Below are positions 7,909 through 18,557 of a DNA stretch of 64,000 nucleotides, in pieces. Each line of letters opens with the position of its first letter. Within the stretch, counting starts at the first letter, position 1. The DNA lies in assembly GCF_029255185.1 (NCBI RefSeq), contig NZ_JAPUVO010000088.1, positions 884-64,883 of the forward strand. The letters run 5' to 3'. The notes beneath the pieces were generated by a model. That model was not told where the DNA came from, made no database searches, and was given only the letters and a program-made list of their open reading frames with translations. Source of the stretch: Propionivibrio sp. (GTDB lineage: Bacteria; Pseudomonadota; Gammaproteobacteria; Burkholderiales; Rhodocyclaceae). The translations under genes and the position numbers were made by a program.

Positions 7909-9492
7909 GTGTCCCCTCGCTTCGATGTTCTCATTATTGGTAGTGGTCTTGCCGGCCAATCGGCAGCACTCCGCCTCGCAAATACACACCGTGTCGCCCT
8001 GATCAGCAAACGAACACTCGAAGACAGCGCCTCCAGTTGGGCACAGGGTGGAATTGCCGCCGTGCTGGACAACCAGGATTCGATTGAAGCGCATATTCGC
8101 GACACGATCATCGCGGGCGCCTTTCTCAATGATCCAAAAGTCACCCGTTTCGTCATCGAAAATGGTCGCCATGCGATTGACTGGCTGATCGAACAAGGTG
8201 TTCACTTTACCCGTGACAAGGCGGGCTATCACTTAACTCGCGAAGGCGGTCACAGTGCGCGCCGCGTCATCCATGTCGCCGACGCAACGGGTCTCGCAGT
8301 ACAGGACATCCTGACGCACAAGGTGCGCCAGCATCCGAACATCACTGTTTTTGAGCGTCACATCGCCATTGATCTGATTACCGGGCAAAAACTTGGGTTG
8401 GCCGACAATCGTTGCTATGGCGCCTATGCGCTCGATCGGGACAGCGGTGAAGTAATCACGATGGGCGCCCCCAACACGCTGGTTGCCACTGGCGGGGCAG
8501 GCAAGGTTTATCTGTACACGACAAATCCGGACACCTCCACTGGTGACGGCATTGCCATGGCCTGGCGCGCTGGATGTACTGTGGCAAATATGGAGTTCAT
8601 CCAGTTTCATCCAACCTGCCTTTATCACCCACAGGCCAAATCCTTCCTGATTTCCGAAGCGGTACGCGGTGAAGGTGGCCTCCTGCTGCTGCCCGACGGA
8701 ACACGTTTCATGCCCGAGCACGATGCACGCGCCGAACTCGCACCGCGCGATGTTGTCGCCCAGGCCATCGACTTTGAAATGAAGAAACGCGGTCTTGACT
8801 GCGTCTATCTCGATATTTCACACAAGCCAGCCAGTTTTCTTGGCGAACATTTCCCGAACATCATGGCACGCTGCCTTGAACTGGGCATCGATATTAGCCG
8901 TGAGCCAATTCCGGTGGTGCCCGCGGCGCATTACACCTGTGGCGGCATTGTCACTGACCTGCAAGCCCGCACCAGTATTCCAGGGCTTTACGCGGCTGGA
9001 GAAGCCACCTGCTCAGGTCTGCACGGCGCCAACCGTCTGGCCAGCAATTCGTTGCTGGAATGTCTGGTGTTTTCCGAAGCGGCGGCCAATGACATCCTTG
9101 CGCAGCCCGCAGCAAAGCTGCCCGACCTCCCTGAATGGGATGCCAGTCGGGTATCCGATCCGGACGAGGAAATCGTCATTTCGCATAACTGGGATGAACT
9201 GCGCCGCTTCATGTGGGGTTATGTAGGCATTGTGCGTACGACCAAACGCCTGCAACGCGCTCAACACCGTATCCGTCTTCTGACAAGGGAAATCGAAGAG
9301 TTTTATTCAAACTTTCGGGTCAGCCACGATCTGATCGAGTTACGCAATCTTGTCATGACGGCAGACCTGATTGTTCGTTGTGCCTTGAAGCGCCATGAAA
9401 GCCGCGGTCTGCACTTCAGCCGCGATTACCCGGAAATGCTCCCGAAAGCCAGGAACACACTGCTTAGAAGGCAGCCCCGTCGTCTTCCTTAG
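7909..9492 (+). CDS. nadB: L-aspartate oxidase
   Basis: GTG start. FAD fold motif DVLIIGSGLAG and succinate dehydrogenase/fumarate reductase flavoprotein-like core (AQGGIAA, HYTCGGI). Confidence 0.93.
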   Translation: MSPRFDVLIIGSGLAGQSAALRLANTHRVALISKRTLEDSASSWAQGGIAAVLDNQDSIEAHIRDTIIAGAFLNDPKVTRFVIENGRHAIDWLIEQGVHFTRDKAGYHLTREGGHSARRVIHVADATGLAVQDILTHKVRQHPNITVFERHIAIDLITGQKLGLADNRCYGAYALDRDSGEVITMGAPNTLVATGGAGKVYLYTTNPDTSTGDGIAMAWRAGCTVANMEFIQFHPTCLYHPQAKSFLISEAVRGEGGLLLLPDGTRFMPEHDARAELAPRDVVAQAIDFEMKKRGLDCVYLDISHKPASFLGEHFPNIMARCLELGIDISREPIPVVPAAHYTCGGIVTDLQARTSIPGLYAAGEATCSGLHGANRLASNSLLECLVFSEAAANDILAQPAAKLPDLPEWDASRVSDPDEEIVISHNWDELRRFMWGYVGIVRTTKRLQRAQHRIRLLTREIEEFYSNFRVSHDLIELRNLVMTADLIVRCALKRHESRGLHFSRDYPEMLPKARNTLLRRQPRRLP

Positions 9493-9898
9493 GCTCTGCG
9501 TGCCAGCGCAACCATAGGCGTAGTAGCCGAAACTGTTCTGCCAACATCTGGTCGGTCAGCAAGACCAGGCTGCTTACCCGTTCTTCTTCACCAATGCACA
9601 GCCGTAATACGATCAGCCAGGTAAACACCGTGCTGTCCGGAAGCAACTTGGCGGCAACGCGATCGCCGTCAGCCAGCAGACATTCCAGCCGGTCCCGCCC
9701 TGCAAGTCGCAAACCAATGACTCTGGGCGGACGCACTGAGTAGCCCAGCGATAGGCCGACAAGCGCTATAAGAAGCAAACGCAGAATCAACGACCATGGC
9801 AGCACGATGAGACTGCACGCCGCAACGGTGTGCATTAGGACGAGCAGAAAAACAAGAAGAGACGAGCGGTGCAGTCCAATGATAATTGGGAACTGCAC
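9464..9898 (-). CDS. small two-TM membrane protein, YgfX/CptA-like (DUF1434-type)
   Basis: 144 aa with two adjacent N-terminal TM helices (LLVFLLVLMHTVAACSLIVLPW / LLLIALVGLSLGY). These are followed by RP-RV-GLRL..DRLECLL...WLIVLRL...LLTDQM..EQFRLLRLWLR, the same layout as E. coli YgfX as recalled from memory. No database check was run. Confidence 0.5.
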   Translation of the reverse strand: MQFPIIIGLHRSSLLVFLLVLMHTVAACSLIVLPWSLILRLLLIALVGLSLGYSVRPPRVIGLRLAGRDRLECLLADGDRVAAKLLPDSTVFTWLIVLRLCIGEEERVSSLVLLTDQMLAEQFRLLRLWLRWHAEPKEDDGAAF

Positions 9899-9915
9899 GG
9901 CTCGAAGCGGGTCGG

Positions 9916-11154
9916 TCAGACCCGTTTTAAGACGACGGTTGCGTTGGTTCCGCCAAAGCCGAATGAGTTGGAAATGGCGACGTCAATCTTCATTTCCCGC
10001 GCTTCATTGGCGCAGTAATCAAGATCGCACAACTCATCCTGGTTGAAGATATTGATGGTCGGCGGCGAAACCTGATGGTAGATTGCCAGCGCCGAAAAGA
10101 TCGCCTCAATACCGCCTGCTGCACCGAGCAGGTGACCAGTCATCGACTTGGTCGAATTGACCACCAGGCGCCTGGCGTGATCACCAAAGGCGCGCTTGAC
10201 GGCGACTGTTTCCGCCTTGTCGCCGAGCGGGGTCGAGGTTCCGTGCGCATTGAGGTACTGTACCTCTTGCGGGTTGGTCTGGGCATTGCGCAGCGCATTG
10301 CTCATGCAGCGCGCAGCACCTTCGCCGTCTTCGCAGGGAGCCGTCATGTGATTGGCGTCGGCACTCATGCCAAATCCACTCAATTCGCAATAAATCCGTG
10401 CGCCGCGGGCCTTGGCATGCTCGTACTCTTCGAGCACTACAACGCCGGCGCCTTCGCTAAGGACAAACCCATCGCGATCCTTGTCCCATGGGCGGCTTGC
10501 CGTGCCTGGATCATCATTACGCGTCGAAAGCGCGCGTGCAGCGCAGAACCCACCGAGTCCGAGAGGAGAAACGCAGCTCTCGGACCCACCTGCAATCATG
10601 ATGTCGGCATCACCGTATTCGATAAGCCGTCCCGCATCGCCAATGCTGTGCGTTCCCGTCGAGCAAGCGCTGACCAGGGCAATGTTTGGTCCCTTGTAGC
10701 CGTACAGTATCGACAGATTGCCCGAAATCATATTGATAATCGCCCCAGGAATAAAGAAAGGGGAGATTTTTCGCACACCGGAAGCGATGAACTCATCGCG
10801 CGTATTTTCGATCAAGGGCAATCCACCAATACCCGAACCAATCGAGACGCCAATACGCTCAGCATTGGCCGGATTCGCCTCAAGCCCTGCGTCCTGGATC
10901 GCCTGAATACCCGCGGCCATGCCGTAATGGATAAAGGTATCCATGCGACGCGCATCTTTTGCCGGCAGGAACTTGGTCACGTCGAAATCCCTAACTTCGC
11001 CGGCAATCTGCACGGGGAATGCGGAAACATCGAAACGCGTAATCCGGTCGATTCCGGAGCGTCCGGCAATAATGTTCTGCCAGGCTTGTCCAACGGTATT
11101 GCCGACCGGAGAAACGATTCCGAGGCCGGTAATGACGACTCTGCGACGTGTCAA
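9916..11154 (-). CDS. fabF: 3-oxoacyl-ACP synthase II
   Basis: Track ORF trimmed to the TTG at 11154, preceded by GGAGAAGAAA (gives 412 aa). Motifs ACSTG, HGTSTPLGD, NSFGFGGTN. Confidence 0.93.
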   Translation of the reverse strand: MTRRRVVITGLGIVSPVGNTVGQAWQNIIAGRSGIDRITRFDVSAFPVQIAGEVRDFDVTKFLPAKDARRMDTFIHYGMAAGIQAIQDAGLEANPANAERIGVSIGSGIGGLPLIENTRDEFIASGVRKISPFFIPGAIINMISGNLSILYGYKGPNIALVSACSTGTHSIGDAGRLIEYGDADIMIAGGSESCVSPLGLGGFCAARALSTRNDDPGTASRPWDKDRDGFVLSEGAGVVVLEEYEHAKARGARIYCELSGFGMSADANHMTAPCEDGEGAARCMSNALRNAQTNPQEVQYLNAHGTSTPLGDKAETVAVKRAFGDHARRLVVNSTKSMTGHLLGAAGGIEAIFSALAIYHQVSPPTINIFNQDELCDLDYCANEAREMKIDVAISNSFGFGGTNATVVLKRV

Positions 11155-11256
11155 TTTCTTCTCCTGGGGAAGGGACAGTACTGAGAGGGGAAGCAGTTCG
11201 GAACAGCGCGCTACGGGCAGTCCCAGGACCACCCGCAGACGCGTCCCACTGAAGGA

Positions 11257-11493
11257 TTACTTCTTGTGATTGACGACGTAATCAATGGACTGCTGAACGT
11301 TGGTGATCTTCTCAGCTTCATCATCCGGAATCTCGCACTCGAATTCCTCTTCGAGTGCCATCACCAGTTCAACCGTATCCAACGAATCCGCGCCGAGGTC
11401 GTCAACGAACGACGATTCGTTCTTTATGTCTGCTTCATTGACGCCGAGTTGTTCTGCAACAATTTTTCTGACGCGTTGTTCGATATTTTCCAT
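11257..11493 (-). CDS. acpP: acyl carrier protein
   Basis: 78 aa starting at [12 protein letters not shown], with phosphopantetheine site [13 protein letters not shown]. Confidence 0.97.
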   Translation of the reverse strand: MENIEQRVRKIVAEQLGVNEADIKNESSFVDDLGADSLDTVELVMALEEEFECEIPDDEAEKITNVQQSIDYVVNHKK

Positions 11494-11614
11494 CAAGAGG
11501 CTCCTTCTAAAAGTTCGTGTGTGAAACAAAACGGCGCTATTCTACCAAAACGACCAGTACTTACCAAATACGCAGGAAAACTGGTCCGTGCTACCTGCTT
11601 GCCCTTGCGGACGG

Positions 11615-12355
11615 TTAGTCCAAATACATACCACCATTGACGTGAATTGTCGTGCCAGTAACATACGCAGCGCCAGGCGAAACCAGAAAACCAACCGCCG
11701 CTGCAACGTCTTCAGGTAGCCCAAGGCGACCCAGCGGAATATTGGCGATTAACGCCTCGCGCTGCTTTTCATCTAGGGTCTTGGTCATGTCGGTATCGAT
11801 GAGACCTGGAGCGACACAGTTGACCGTGATATTACGGCTTCCCAGTTCACGCGCCAGTGAGCGTGTCATGCCGGCGACTCCCGCCTTGGCCGCACAATAG
11901 TTGGCCTGCCCAGGATTGCCTGCATGTCCTACGACCGAGGTTACATTAATAATACGCCCCTGACGCACCTTCATCATACCGCGCATGACTGCCTTGGACA
12001 GACGGAAAACAGCTTTCAGATTGGTGTCAAGCACCGCATCCCACTCGTCTTCTTTCATGCGCATGGCGAGGTTGTCGCGTGTGATCCCGGCGTTATTAAC
12101 CAGAATGACTATCGCGCCATACGTCTTTTCAACATACGTAATCAGTGCATCAACCTGTGCCTGCTCTCGCACCTCAAGGACGGCACCTTCCCCCTTGACG
12201 CTTGCAAGCGAAAGATAGCCGGAGATTTTGGTCGCGCCCTCTTCGCTGGTTGCCGTGCCAATCACGGTCGCGCCCAACCGACCCAGTTCGAGAGCGATGG
12301 CCTGGCCTATGCCACGCGAGGCGCCGGTAACCAGGGCAACTTGTCCGTTGAGCAT
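11615..12355 (-). CDS. fabG: 3-oxoacyl-ACP reductase
   Basis: Trimmed to MLNGQVALVTGASRGIG. Contains NNAG and YCAAKAG (YxxxK). Located in the fab cluster. Confidence 0.95.
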   Translation of the reverse strand: MLNGQVALVTGASRGIGQAIALELGRLGATVIGTATSEEGATKISGYLSLASVKGEGAVLEVREQAQVDALITYVEKTYGAIVILVNNAGITRDNLAMRMKEDEWDAVLDTNLKAVFRLSKAVMRGMMKVRQGRIINVTSVVGHAGNPGQANYCAAKAGVAGMTRSLARELGSRNITVNCVAPGLIDTDMTKTLDEKQREALIANIPLGRLGLPEDVAAAVGFLVSPGAAYVTGTTIHVNGGMYLD

Positions 12356-12362
12356 TTTTCTC

Positions 12363-13304
12363 CTACCCCTGCGCTTTGATGGCTGCTTCAATCGCTGCCA
12401 AGTCTGACAATGCAATACCAAGCAATCCATCGCTACAGCGCTTGGTGAGGCCGGCCAATACTTTGCCCGGACCGCACTCGGCAATTGTTGTCACGCCCAT
12501 TGTTGCTATTTTCTGTACCGACTCTACCCAGCGAACCGGCGAATAAGCCTGCCGAATCAATGCCGCCTTGATTTTTTCCGGGTCAGATTCAATAGCAACA
12601 TCCACATTATTGATCACCGGGATTTTTGGCGCGGAAAAAACAAGTTTACTCAGACGTTCGCCTAACTTGTCCGCAGCCGGTCGAATCAACGAGGAGTGGA
12701 AGGGCGCAGAAACAGGCAGAATCAGGGCACGTTTGGCACCGCGCGCCTTGCAGCCTTCGCAAGCACGTTCAACCGCCGCCTTGTTGCCGGCAATCACGGT
12801 TTGTCCTGGCGCGTTGAAATTGACCAGCTCTACGACTTCGCCATTGCCAATTTCGAGAGCCGCCGCAGCACAGGCTTCGCGAATCTTGTCGTCATCAAGG
12901 TTCATGATGGCGGCCATGGCTCCGCTGCCAACCGGGACCGCCTCTTGCATCGCCGTGGCGCGCAGACGAACGAGTGGAACGGCATCCTTGAAGTCAACAA
13001 CACCGGCGGCGACCAGCGCCGAATATTCGCCGAGACTATGCCCGGCGACAATGGCCGGAAGCTTGCCGCCTTTGTCCAGCCATAAGCGATAAGTTGCAAC
13101 CCCGGCCGTGAGCATGACCGGCTGCGTGTTTACCGTTCGCGTCAGCGCTTCGGCCGGACCGTCAGAGAGCAACTGCCAAAGATCTTCTCCAAGCGTCGCC
13201 GACGCCTCATCGAAGGTCGAACGAACCACTGCCGAATCGCCATAGGCAGCCATCATGCCAACCGATTGGGATCCCTGACCGGGGAAAACAAAAGCGTATG
13301 CCAT
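12363..13304 (-). CDS. fabD: malonyl-CoA:ACP transacylase
   Basis: Trimmed to MAYAFVFPGQGSQ. Active-site motif GHSLGEYSAL. Confidence 0.95.
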   Translation of the reverse strand: MAYAFVFPGQGSQSVGMMAAYGDSAVVRSTFDEASATLGEDLWQLLSDGPAEALTRTVNTQPVMLTAGVATYRLWLDKGGKLPAIVAGHSLGEYSALVAAGVVDFKDAVPLVRLRATAMQEAVPVGSGAMAAIMNLDDDKIREACAAAALEIGNGEVVELVNFNAPGQTVIAGNKAAVERACEGCKARGAKRALILPVSAPFHSSLIRPAADKLGERLSKLVFSAPKIPVINNVDVAIESDPEKIKAALIRQAYSPVRWVESVQKIATMGVTTIAECGPGKVLAGLTKRCSDGLLGIALSDLAAIEAAIKAQG

Positions 13305-13316
13305 AGATCCTTCCAA

Positions 13317-14276
13317 TTAGAATTCGAGCAAAACAGCGCCCCAGGTAAAACCACCACCGACGCCCTCGAGCAACACTTTCTGTCCCCGCTCAATACGCCC
13401 GTCACGCACCGCCACATCGAGCGCCAGCGGAATGGATGCCGCCGAAGTGTTGCCATGGCGATCAACCGTCACAATGACCTTGTCCATGCCAAGCCCAAGT
13501 TTCTTAGCGGTCGATTCGATGATGCGGATGTTGGCCTGGTGTGGAATCAGCCAGTCAATCTGCGCCGGAGAAACGCCGACGAAATCGCAGCATTCCTTCG
13601 CAACGTCAGCAAGTACCCGGACGGCAAGTTTGAATACGGACTGCCCATCCATGCGCAAAAAGGGGTCGCCGGTGACTTTTCCGCCACACACGCTGCCTGG
13701 CACCGACAGGATGCCATGATGCGAGCCATCTGCGTGTGCAGCAGTCGCCAGAATCCCGGGGCTTTCAGAAGCTTCCAGAACGACCGCGCCGGAGCCATCA
13801 CCGAAAAGCACACAGGTGCTACGATCATCCCAGTCTAGGATGCGTGAAAACACTTCAGCGCCGACCACCAGCACCTTTTTGTGGCTGCCGCTGCGAATGA
13901 ATTTATCAGCAATGCTCAGTGCATAGACAAACCCGGCACAGACCGCTTGCACATCAAAAGCCATGGCGCCATGATTGCCGAGCTTGCTTTGCAAGAGACA
14001 GGCGGTGCTCGGAAAGATGAAGTCGGGGGTCGAGGTCGCGACGATAATCAGATCGAGTTCACTGGCATCAACGCCTGCCGATTTTAGTGCTCGGCAACTT
14101 GCTTCGTGCGCCAGATCACTTGACGTGCAGTTGGCATCGGCGAGATGACGGGCCTTGATGCCCGTCCGGGTAACGATCCAGTCGTCATTGGTTTCGACCC
14201 CGCGTTGAACGAGATCGGCGTTGCTAATCGGCAGCCCAGGCAGATAACTGCCAACGCCTGCGATGCGGGAAAACAT
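13317..14276 (-). CDS. fabH: 3-oxoacyl-ACP synthase III
   Basis: Trimmed to [14 protein letters not shown]. Motifs [25 protein letters not shown]. Confidence 0.95.
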   Translation of the reverse strand: MFSRIAGVGSYLPGLPISNADLVQRGVETNDDWIVTRTGIKARHLADANCTSSDLAHEASCRALKSAGVDASELDLIIVATSTPDFIFPSTACLLQSKLGNHGAMAFDVQAVCAGFVYALSIADKFIRSGSHKKVLVVGAEVFSRILDWDDRSTCVLFGDGSGAVVLEASESPGILATAAHADGSHHGILSVPGSVCGGKVTGDPFLRMDGQSVFKLAVRVLADVAKECCDFVGVSPAQIDWLIPHQANIRIIESTAKKLGLGMDKVIVTVDRHGNTSAASIPLALDVAVRDGRIERGQKVLLEGVGGGFTWGAVLLEF

Positions 14277-14277
14277 G

Positions 14278-15291
14278 TTAAGCACTCTCCAGCAAGGGTT
14301 GTTGCAATACGACGCGTTCGGTGATGCGCGCCAGCACCCCGGTCCTCGCTTCTTCTGCGGCACGATCGATGGCGTTGGTAAAAGAAAACACGTCAGCTGA
14401 ACCATGACTCTTGACGACTATTCCCTTCAAGCCCAACAGGGTGGCGCCGTTATAACGCCTGTGGTCAACATGCATTATGAATTTTTTCAATACTGGCAAG
14501 GCAATCAAAGCCACGAGTTTGGTCAGAAAATTGCGCCTGAATTCCTGGCGCAGGAAAGTGGCCAGCATCTGTGCCAGCCCTTCCGATGCCTTGAGGGCGA
14601 CATTGCCGACGAAACCGTCGCAAACGACTACTTCGGCCTTTCCTTTGTAGATGCCATCCCCTTCGACATTGCCTACAAAATTCAGGCCTGATTCTTTGAG
14701 AAGTTCCGCCGCTCGCTTGACAACCTCATTGCCCTTGATATCTTCCGAGCCGATATTGAGGATGCCAACCGTCGGCCGATCCTTGTGTTCGATCGCAGAA
14801 ACCAGCGAAGCGCCCATGATGCCAAACTGCAGCAGATGCTCGGGAGTGCAATCCACATTGGCACCCAGATCGAGCACATGAGCATGACCGGTCACTGTTG
14901 GAAGCATGGCACAAATCGCCGGGCGGTCAATGCCAGGAAGCATCTTGAGGACGAAGCGGGAAATAGCCATCAAGGCGCCAGTATTACCGGCGGAGACGCA
15001 AGCATCGGCCTCGCCAAGTTTGACCAGATCAATGGCTACGCGCATTGATGAATTTTTTTTGTTGCGTATGGCCAGAGCCGGAGATTCATCCATCGCGACG
15101 ACTTCGCTGGCATGACGAACTGAAATTCGTTCACCTTCGACATGCATCAGAAATGGTCGGATCTTGTCCTCAAGGCCGACGAGAATAACACGAACATCCT
15201 CGCGCTTTCGCACGAAGTCGAGCGCGGCACGCACAGTAACCTCGGGGCCATGATCCCCGCCCATGCAGTCTATGGCGACAGTAACAGTCAT
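14278..15291 (-). CDS. plsX: phosphate acyltransferase PlsX
   Basis: Trimmed to [16 protein letters not shown]. Conserved position between rpmF and fabH. Confidence 0.94.
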   Translation of the reverse strand: MTVTVAIDCMGGDHGPEVTVRAALDFVRKREDVRVILVGLEDKIRPFLMHVEGERISVRHASEVVAMDESPALAIRNKKNSSMRVAIDLVKLGEADACVSAGNTGALMAISRFVLKMLPGIDRPAICAMLPTVTGHAHVLDLGANVDCTPEHLLQFGIMGASLVSAIEHKDRPTVGILNIGSEDIKGNEVVKRAAELLKESGLNFVGNVEGDGIYKGKAEVVVCDGFVGNVALKASEGLAQMLATFLRQEFRRNFLTKLVALIALPVLKKFIMHVDHRRYNGATLLGLKGIVVKSHGSADVFSFTNAIDRAAEEARTGVLARITERVVLQQPLLESA

Positions 15292-15360
15292 CCGGTAACA
15301 GCCAAAAGAAAAGGCAGACATTTCCCCATCACGGGAATCCGCCTGCCTAATCCTTAAACC

Positions 15361-15540
15361 CTATTCGCCTGTACCTTTGGTAACCTTCTTGCCACGATAA
15401 TAGCCGGATGGGCTGATGTGGTGACGCAGATGAACTTCACCGGTCGTTGGCTCAACAGCCAGCGGCGGGTTGGTCAAAAAATCGTGAGCGCGATGCATGC
15501 CGCGCTTGGAGGTGGATTTCTTGTTCTGTTGAACGGCCAT
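15361..15540 (-). CDS. rpmF: 50S ribosomal protein L32
   Basis: Absent from the ORF track (59 aa). Hand translation of the minus strand gives [59 protein letters not shown]. Canonical position between yceD and plsX. Confidence 0.93.
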   Translation of the reverse strand: MAVQQNKKSTSKRGMHRAHDFLTNPPLAVEPTTGEVHLRHHISPSGYYRGKKVTKGTGE

Positions 15541-15564
15541 AAATTACTCCATTGATCAAATTCA

Positions 15565-16056
15565 CTATGCTTTACCTTTAAGACTTTGCAGCACGGAAAA
15601 GGGAGATATTTTTCCCGTTCCCTGCCCCGTGTCAGGCAAAGCACAACTTTCGTGACGTGGCGCCGAGGGCAGATTGAGAATAATCTCGTCTTCGATCAAG
15701 GCAACAACATCAAGTTCACTTTGCGCCGGTAGGAAATCCCTTGAATCATCTTCAATTTCCTCCTGCGTCAAATCTTCTTCGTCATCGACGAATTCCAGCA
15801 CGCTACGTAGCTCGACCGGATAATCTATCCCTTCAAGGCAGCGCTGGCAGCAAACGGATAACATTCCGTCCAGTTGCAGCAGCACCTGCGTCCTGTTACG
15901 CGGACCAAGCTTGCCAACAACCCGGTAGTTCAAAAAACCTGCCAAATCGACAAGTTTATCGTGCAAACGAGTCAGGCCGGCGATCGGCAATTCACCTTGC
16001 AGCGAGTTTGCATCCCGTGCAAAAGCCAAACTGCTGATAACGATCCCTTTCGACAT
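15565..16056 (-). CDS. yceD: YceD family (DUF177) large-subunit rRNA accumulation protein
   Basis: 163 aa with a CCQRC motif and an acidic central region. Conserved yceD-rpmF pairing. Confidence 0.88.
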   Translation of the reverse strand: MSKGIVISSLAFARDANSLQGELPIAGLTRLHDKLVDLAGFLNYRVVGKLGPRNRTQVLLQLDGMLSVCCQRCLEGIDYPVELRSVLEFVDDEEDLTQEEIEDDSRDFLPAQSELDVVALIEDEIILNLPSAPRHESCALPDTGQGTGKISPFSVLQSLKGKA

Positions 16057-16169
16057 AAGGGGCGCATGATATTATTTTTGGCTTTCGAAGTCAAAGCGGC
16101 GACGCGACTATTTGATTTTTTCTGTTTGTTCAACTTCCCCATGAAAATTTCATAATTTTTTTACTCTCT

Positions 16170-16754
16170 ATGACCAGCGTACAAATTGTTCTTGCCTCGA
16201 CCTCTCCGTTCCGCCGTGAACTACTCGCCCGGCTTGGCTTAACGTTTGTAACAGCCAACCCCGCCACCGATGAAACTGCCGAGGACGGCGAGGCGCCCGA
16301 GGCAACCGCGCTACGACTTTCCGAAGCCAAGGCGCGCGCAGTCGCCGCACAGTATCCTGAGGCGTTAATTATTGGTAGCGACCAGATTGCCTGCCTCGAT
16401 GGCCAGGTCTTTGGCAAACCGGGAAGCCATGACAAAGCGGTAAAACAGTTAAAAACGATGCGCGGCCGTACCGTCAACTTCTTCACGGGTTTGTGCCTGC
16501 TTAACGCCAAAACCGGAAAAGTTCACCTGCGTGGGGTGCCAACGCTGGTTACTTTCAGGAATCTGTCGGATGATCAGATCGAAAACTACCTGCGCAAAGA
16601 ACAACCGTATAACTGCGCTGGCAGCGCCAAATCCGAAGGATTGGGAATTGCCGCGATCGCCAGGATGGAAGGAGAGGATCCTAACGCGCTCATCGGCCTG
16701 CCGCTGATTGCGCTCTGCGATTTTCTTAACAATGAAAATATTTCAGTAATATAA
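16170..16754 (+). CDS. maf: Maf-like nucleoside triphosphate pyrophosphatase (YceF subfamily)
   Basis: [13 protein letters not shown] and IIGSDQ motifs. Divergent from yceD, as in E. coli yceF. Confidence 0.88.
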   Translation: MTSVQIVLASTSPFRRELLARLGLTFVTANPATDETAEDGEAPEATALRLSEAKARAVAAQYPEALIIGSDQIACLDGQVFGKPGSHDKAVKQLKTMRGRTVNFFTGLCLLNAKTGKVHLRGVPTLVTFRNLSDDQIENYLRKEQPYNCAGSAKSEGLGIAAIARMEGEDPNALIGLPLIALCDFLNNENISVI

Positions 16755-16762
16755 AAATTATT

Positions 16763-17473
16763 ATGACAAAAGGAAGGCTTTTTCTAATTCCTGTCCCGCT
16801 CGGTCAGACGCCGTTCGACGCTGTCTTGCCGCATGCGGTGAGCGACTGTGCCAGGCAACTAACGCACTTCATTGCCGAGAATGCCAAGTCGGCCCGAGCC
16901 TTTCTCAAGGCACTCCAATCCGCTACGCCATTGCAACAGATCAAGATCCTGGAACTTAACGAACATACCCACCCTAATGCGCTGCCTGAATTGCTGGCGC
17001 CGCTCCTTGCGGGGATCGATGTCGGCTTGATTTCCGAGGCTGGCTGCCCGGCAGTGGCTGATCCCGGATCCAATCTGGTCGCTTTGGCGCACGCTGAAGG
17101 CATCCAGGTTTTTCCGCTGGTCGGGCCTTCGTCCATACTGCTCGCCTTGATGGGTTCAGGCCTGTCCGGCCAGAACTTCGCTTTCCACGGCTACCTTCCG
17201 GCAAAGGATGAGCTAAGAAAAAAAAGGGTTCGCGATCTCGAGAAAAACTCACGCCAGGAAAAGAGGGCACAGATTTTCATTGAAACGCCCTACCGAAACC
17301 GGAAGATGCTGGAAACCCTGATCGAAGTCTGCTCCCAAGATACGAAAATCTGTACCGCCACCGATCTTACCTTGAGCAGCGAGTGCATCATGACACGCAC
17401 ACCGGCCCACTGGCGCCGTCAGGAGTTGCCGAACATCGACCGTCGCCCGACGGTATTTTTACTGCAGGCCTGA
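16763..17473 (+). CDS. tetrapyrrole-methylase-fold SAM-dependent methyltransferase (RsmI-like)
   Basis: LFLIPVPLG...ISEAGCPAVADPGSNLV...GPSSILLALMGSGL resembles the RsmI/YraL fold. Shorter than E. coli RsmI, so the exact substrate is not assigned. Confidence 0.7.
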   Translation: MTKGRLFLIPVPLGQTPFDAVLPHAVSDCARQLTHFIAENAKSARAFLKALQSATPLQQIKILELNEHTHPNALPELLAPLLAGIDVGLISEAGCPAVADPGSNLVALAHAEGIQVFPLVGPSSILLALMGSGLSGQNFAFHGYLPAKDELRKKRVRDLEKNSRQEKRAQIFIETPYRNRKMLETLIEVCSQDTKICTATDLTLSSECIMTRTPAHWRRQELPNIDRRPTVFLLQA

Positions 17474-17492
17474 CGCGACCATCGACAAGACA

Positions 17493-18446
17493 CTAACGCA
17501 GCACTGCCCGGTCGCTACCAAATAAACGAAAGGCCATGCTTTGCCCCATTTCCGCCCCCAGGCGTTTGGCAAAGCGTTCGGCGATATTTTCCTTGACCGA
17601 ATAGTCGAGAATGGTATCCGCCTTGATCAGGTCCCTCGCTACCGAATCGACCGTACCGAAACCATCGGCAAGCCCCATTCCAATACTTTGGCTACCGGTC
17701 CACATCAATCCTGAGAACATTTCGGGGGTTTCCTTGAGCCGTTTTCCACGCCCCTGGCGGACGACTTCAATAAACTGCTTGTGTATTTCGCCAAGCAGGA
17801 TCTGCGCATGTTCTTTCTGCTTTTCGTCCTGCGGCGAGAAGGGGTCCAGGAAGCCCTTGTTCACTCCAGCCGTTAGCAAACGCCGTTCGACCCCGAGTTT
17901 GTTCATAGTTCCTGTAAAACCGAAACTGTCCATCAACACACCAATGGAGCCGACGATGCTGGCCTTGTCGACGAAAATCTTGTCTGCAGCGGACGCAATA
18001 TAATACCCACCGGAAGCGCACAAATCCTCGACCACAACATAAAGCGGGATCTCCGGATGCTTGTTTCGCTGCCGACGAATTTCGTCATAGACAATTCCGG
18101 ATTGCACCGGACTGCCGCCGGGACTGTTGATCCGCATGATAATTCCCGCCGTGCCCTTGTCTTCAAACGCTGACTGAAGTGCACCATTGATTTTTTCCGC
18201 ACTGGCGTCGCCGGTTGCTTCAATCGTTCCGCGCACATTGATCAATGCCGTGTGCTTGCCGTCTACCAGCTTTTCGGATCCCTCCCAATCAACAACGAGA
18301 ACCAGCACTGCAATCAGATAAGACAGGACGGCAAGTTTGAAAAAAACACCCCAGCGACGTTTTGCCTTTTGTTCCATTAGCGATGCAAACGCTATTTTTT
18401 CAAGCAATTGCCGTTCCCACTGCGGATCGTTACTCGGTGTTTCCAC
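17493..18446 (-). CDS. sppA: signal peptide peptidase SppA, 36K type (S49)
   Basis: N-terminal TM helix and motifs NSPGGSPVQSG, CASGGYYIA, IVGSIGV. Confidence 0.88.
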   Translation of the reverse strand: METPSNDPQWERQLLEKIAFASLMEQKAKRRWGVFFKLAVLSYLIAVLVLVVDWEGSEKLVDGKHTALINVRGTIEATGDASAEKINGALQSAFEDKGTAGIIMRINSPGGSPVQSGIVYDEIRRQRNKHPEIPLYVVVEDLCASGGYYIASAADKIFVDKASIVGSIGVLMDSFGFTGTMNKLGVERRLLTAGVNKGFLDPFSPQDEKQKEHAQILLGEIHKQFIEVVRQGRGKRLKETPEMFSGLMWTGSQSIGMGLADGFGTVDSVARDLIKADTILDYSVKENIAERFAKRLGAEMGQSMAFRLFGSDRAVLR

Positions 18447-18557
18447 AATATTTACTCGGTTGGTATGTAATAAACAGCGTCGTCAAGACATGACTTTCAA
18501 CGGGGATTGCCATGCATTGGTAATCATGCGGGTCAAGTATAGCGGCAAATCAAGACG

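Noticed and set aside
10075-11184. 369-aa plus-strand ORF
   Set aside because: It is antisense to fabF, which has clear KAS II active-site motifs.
15053-15060. T8 (A8 on the coding strand) homopolymer inside plsX; similar A8 run at 17218-17225
   Set aside because: Both reading frames are intact across the runs (they encode NKKNS and RKKR). There is no evidence of phase variation or frameshifting.
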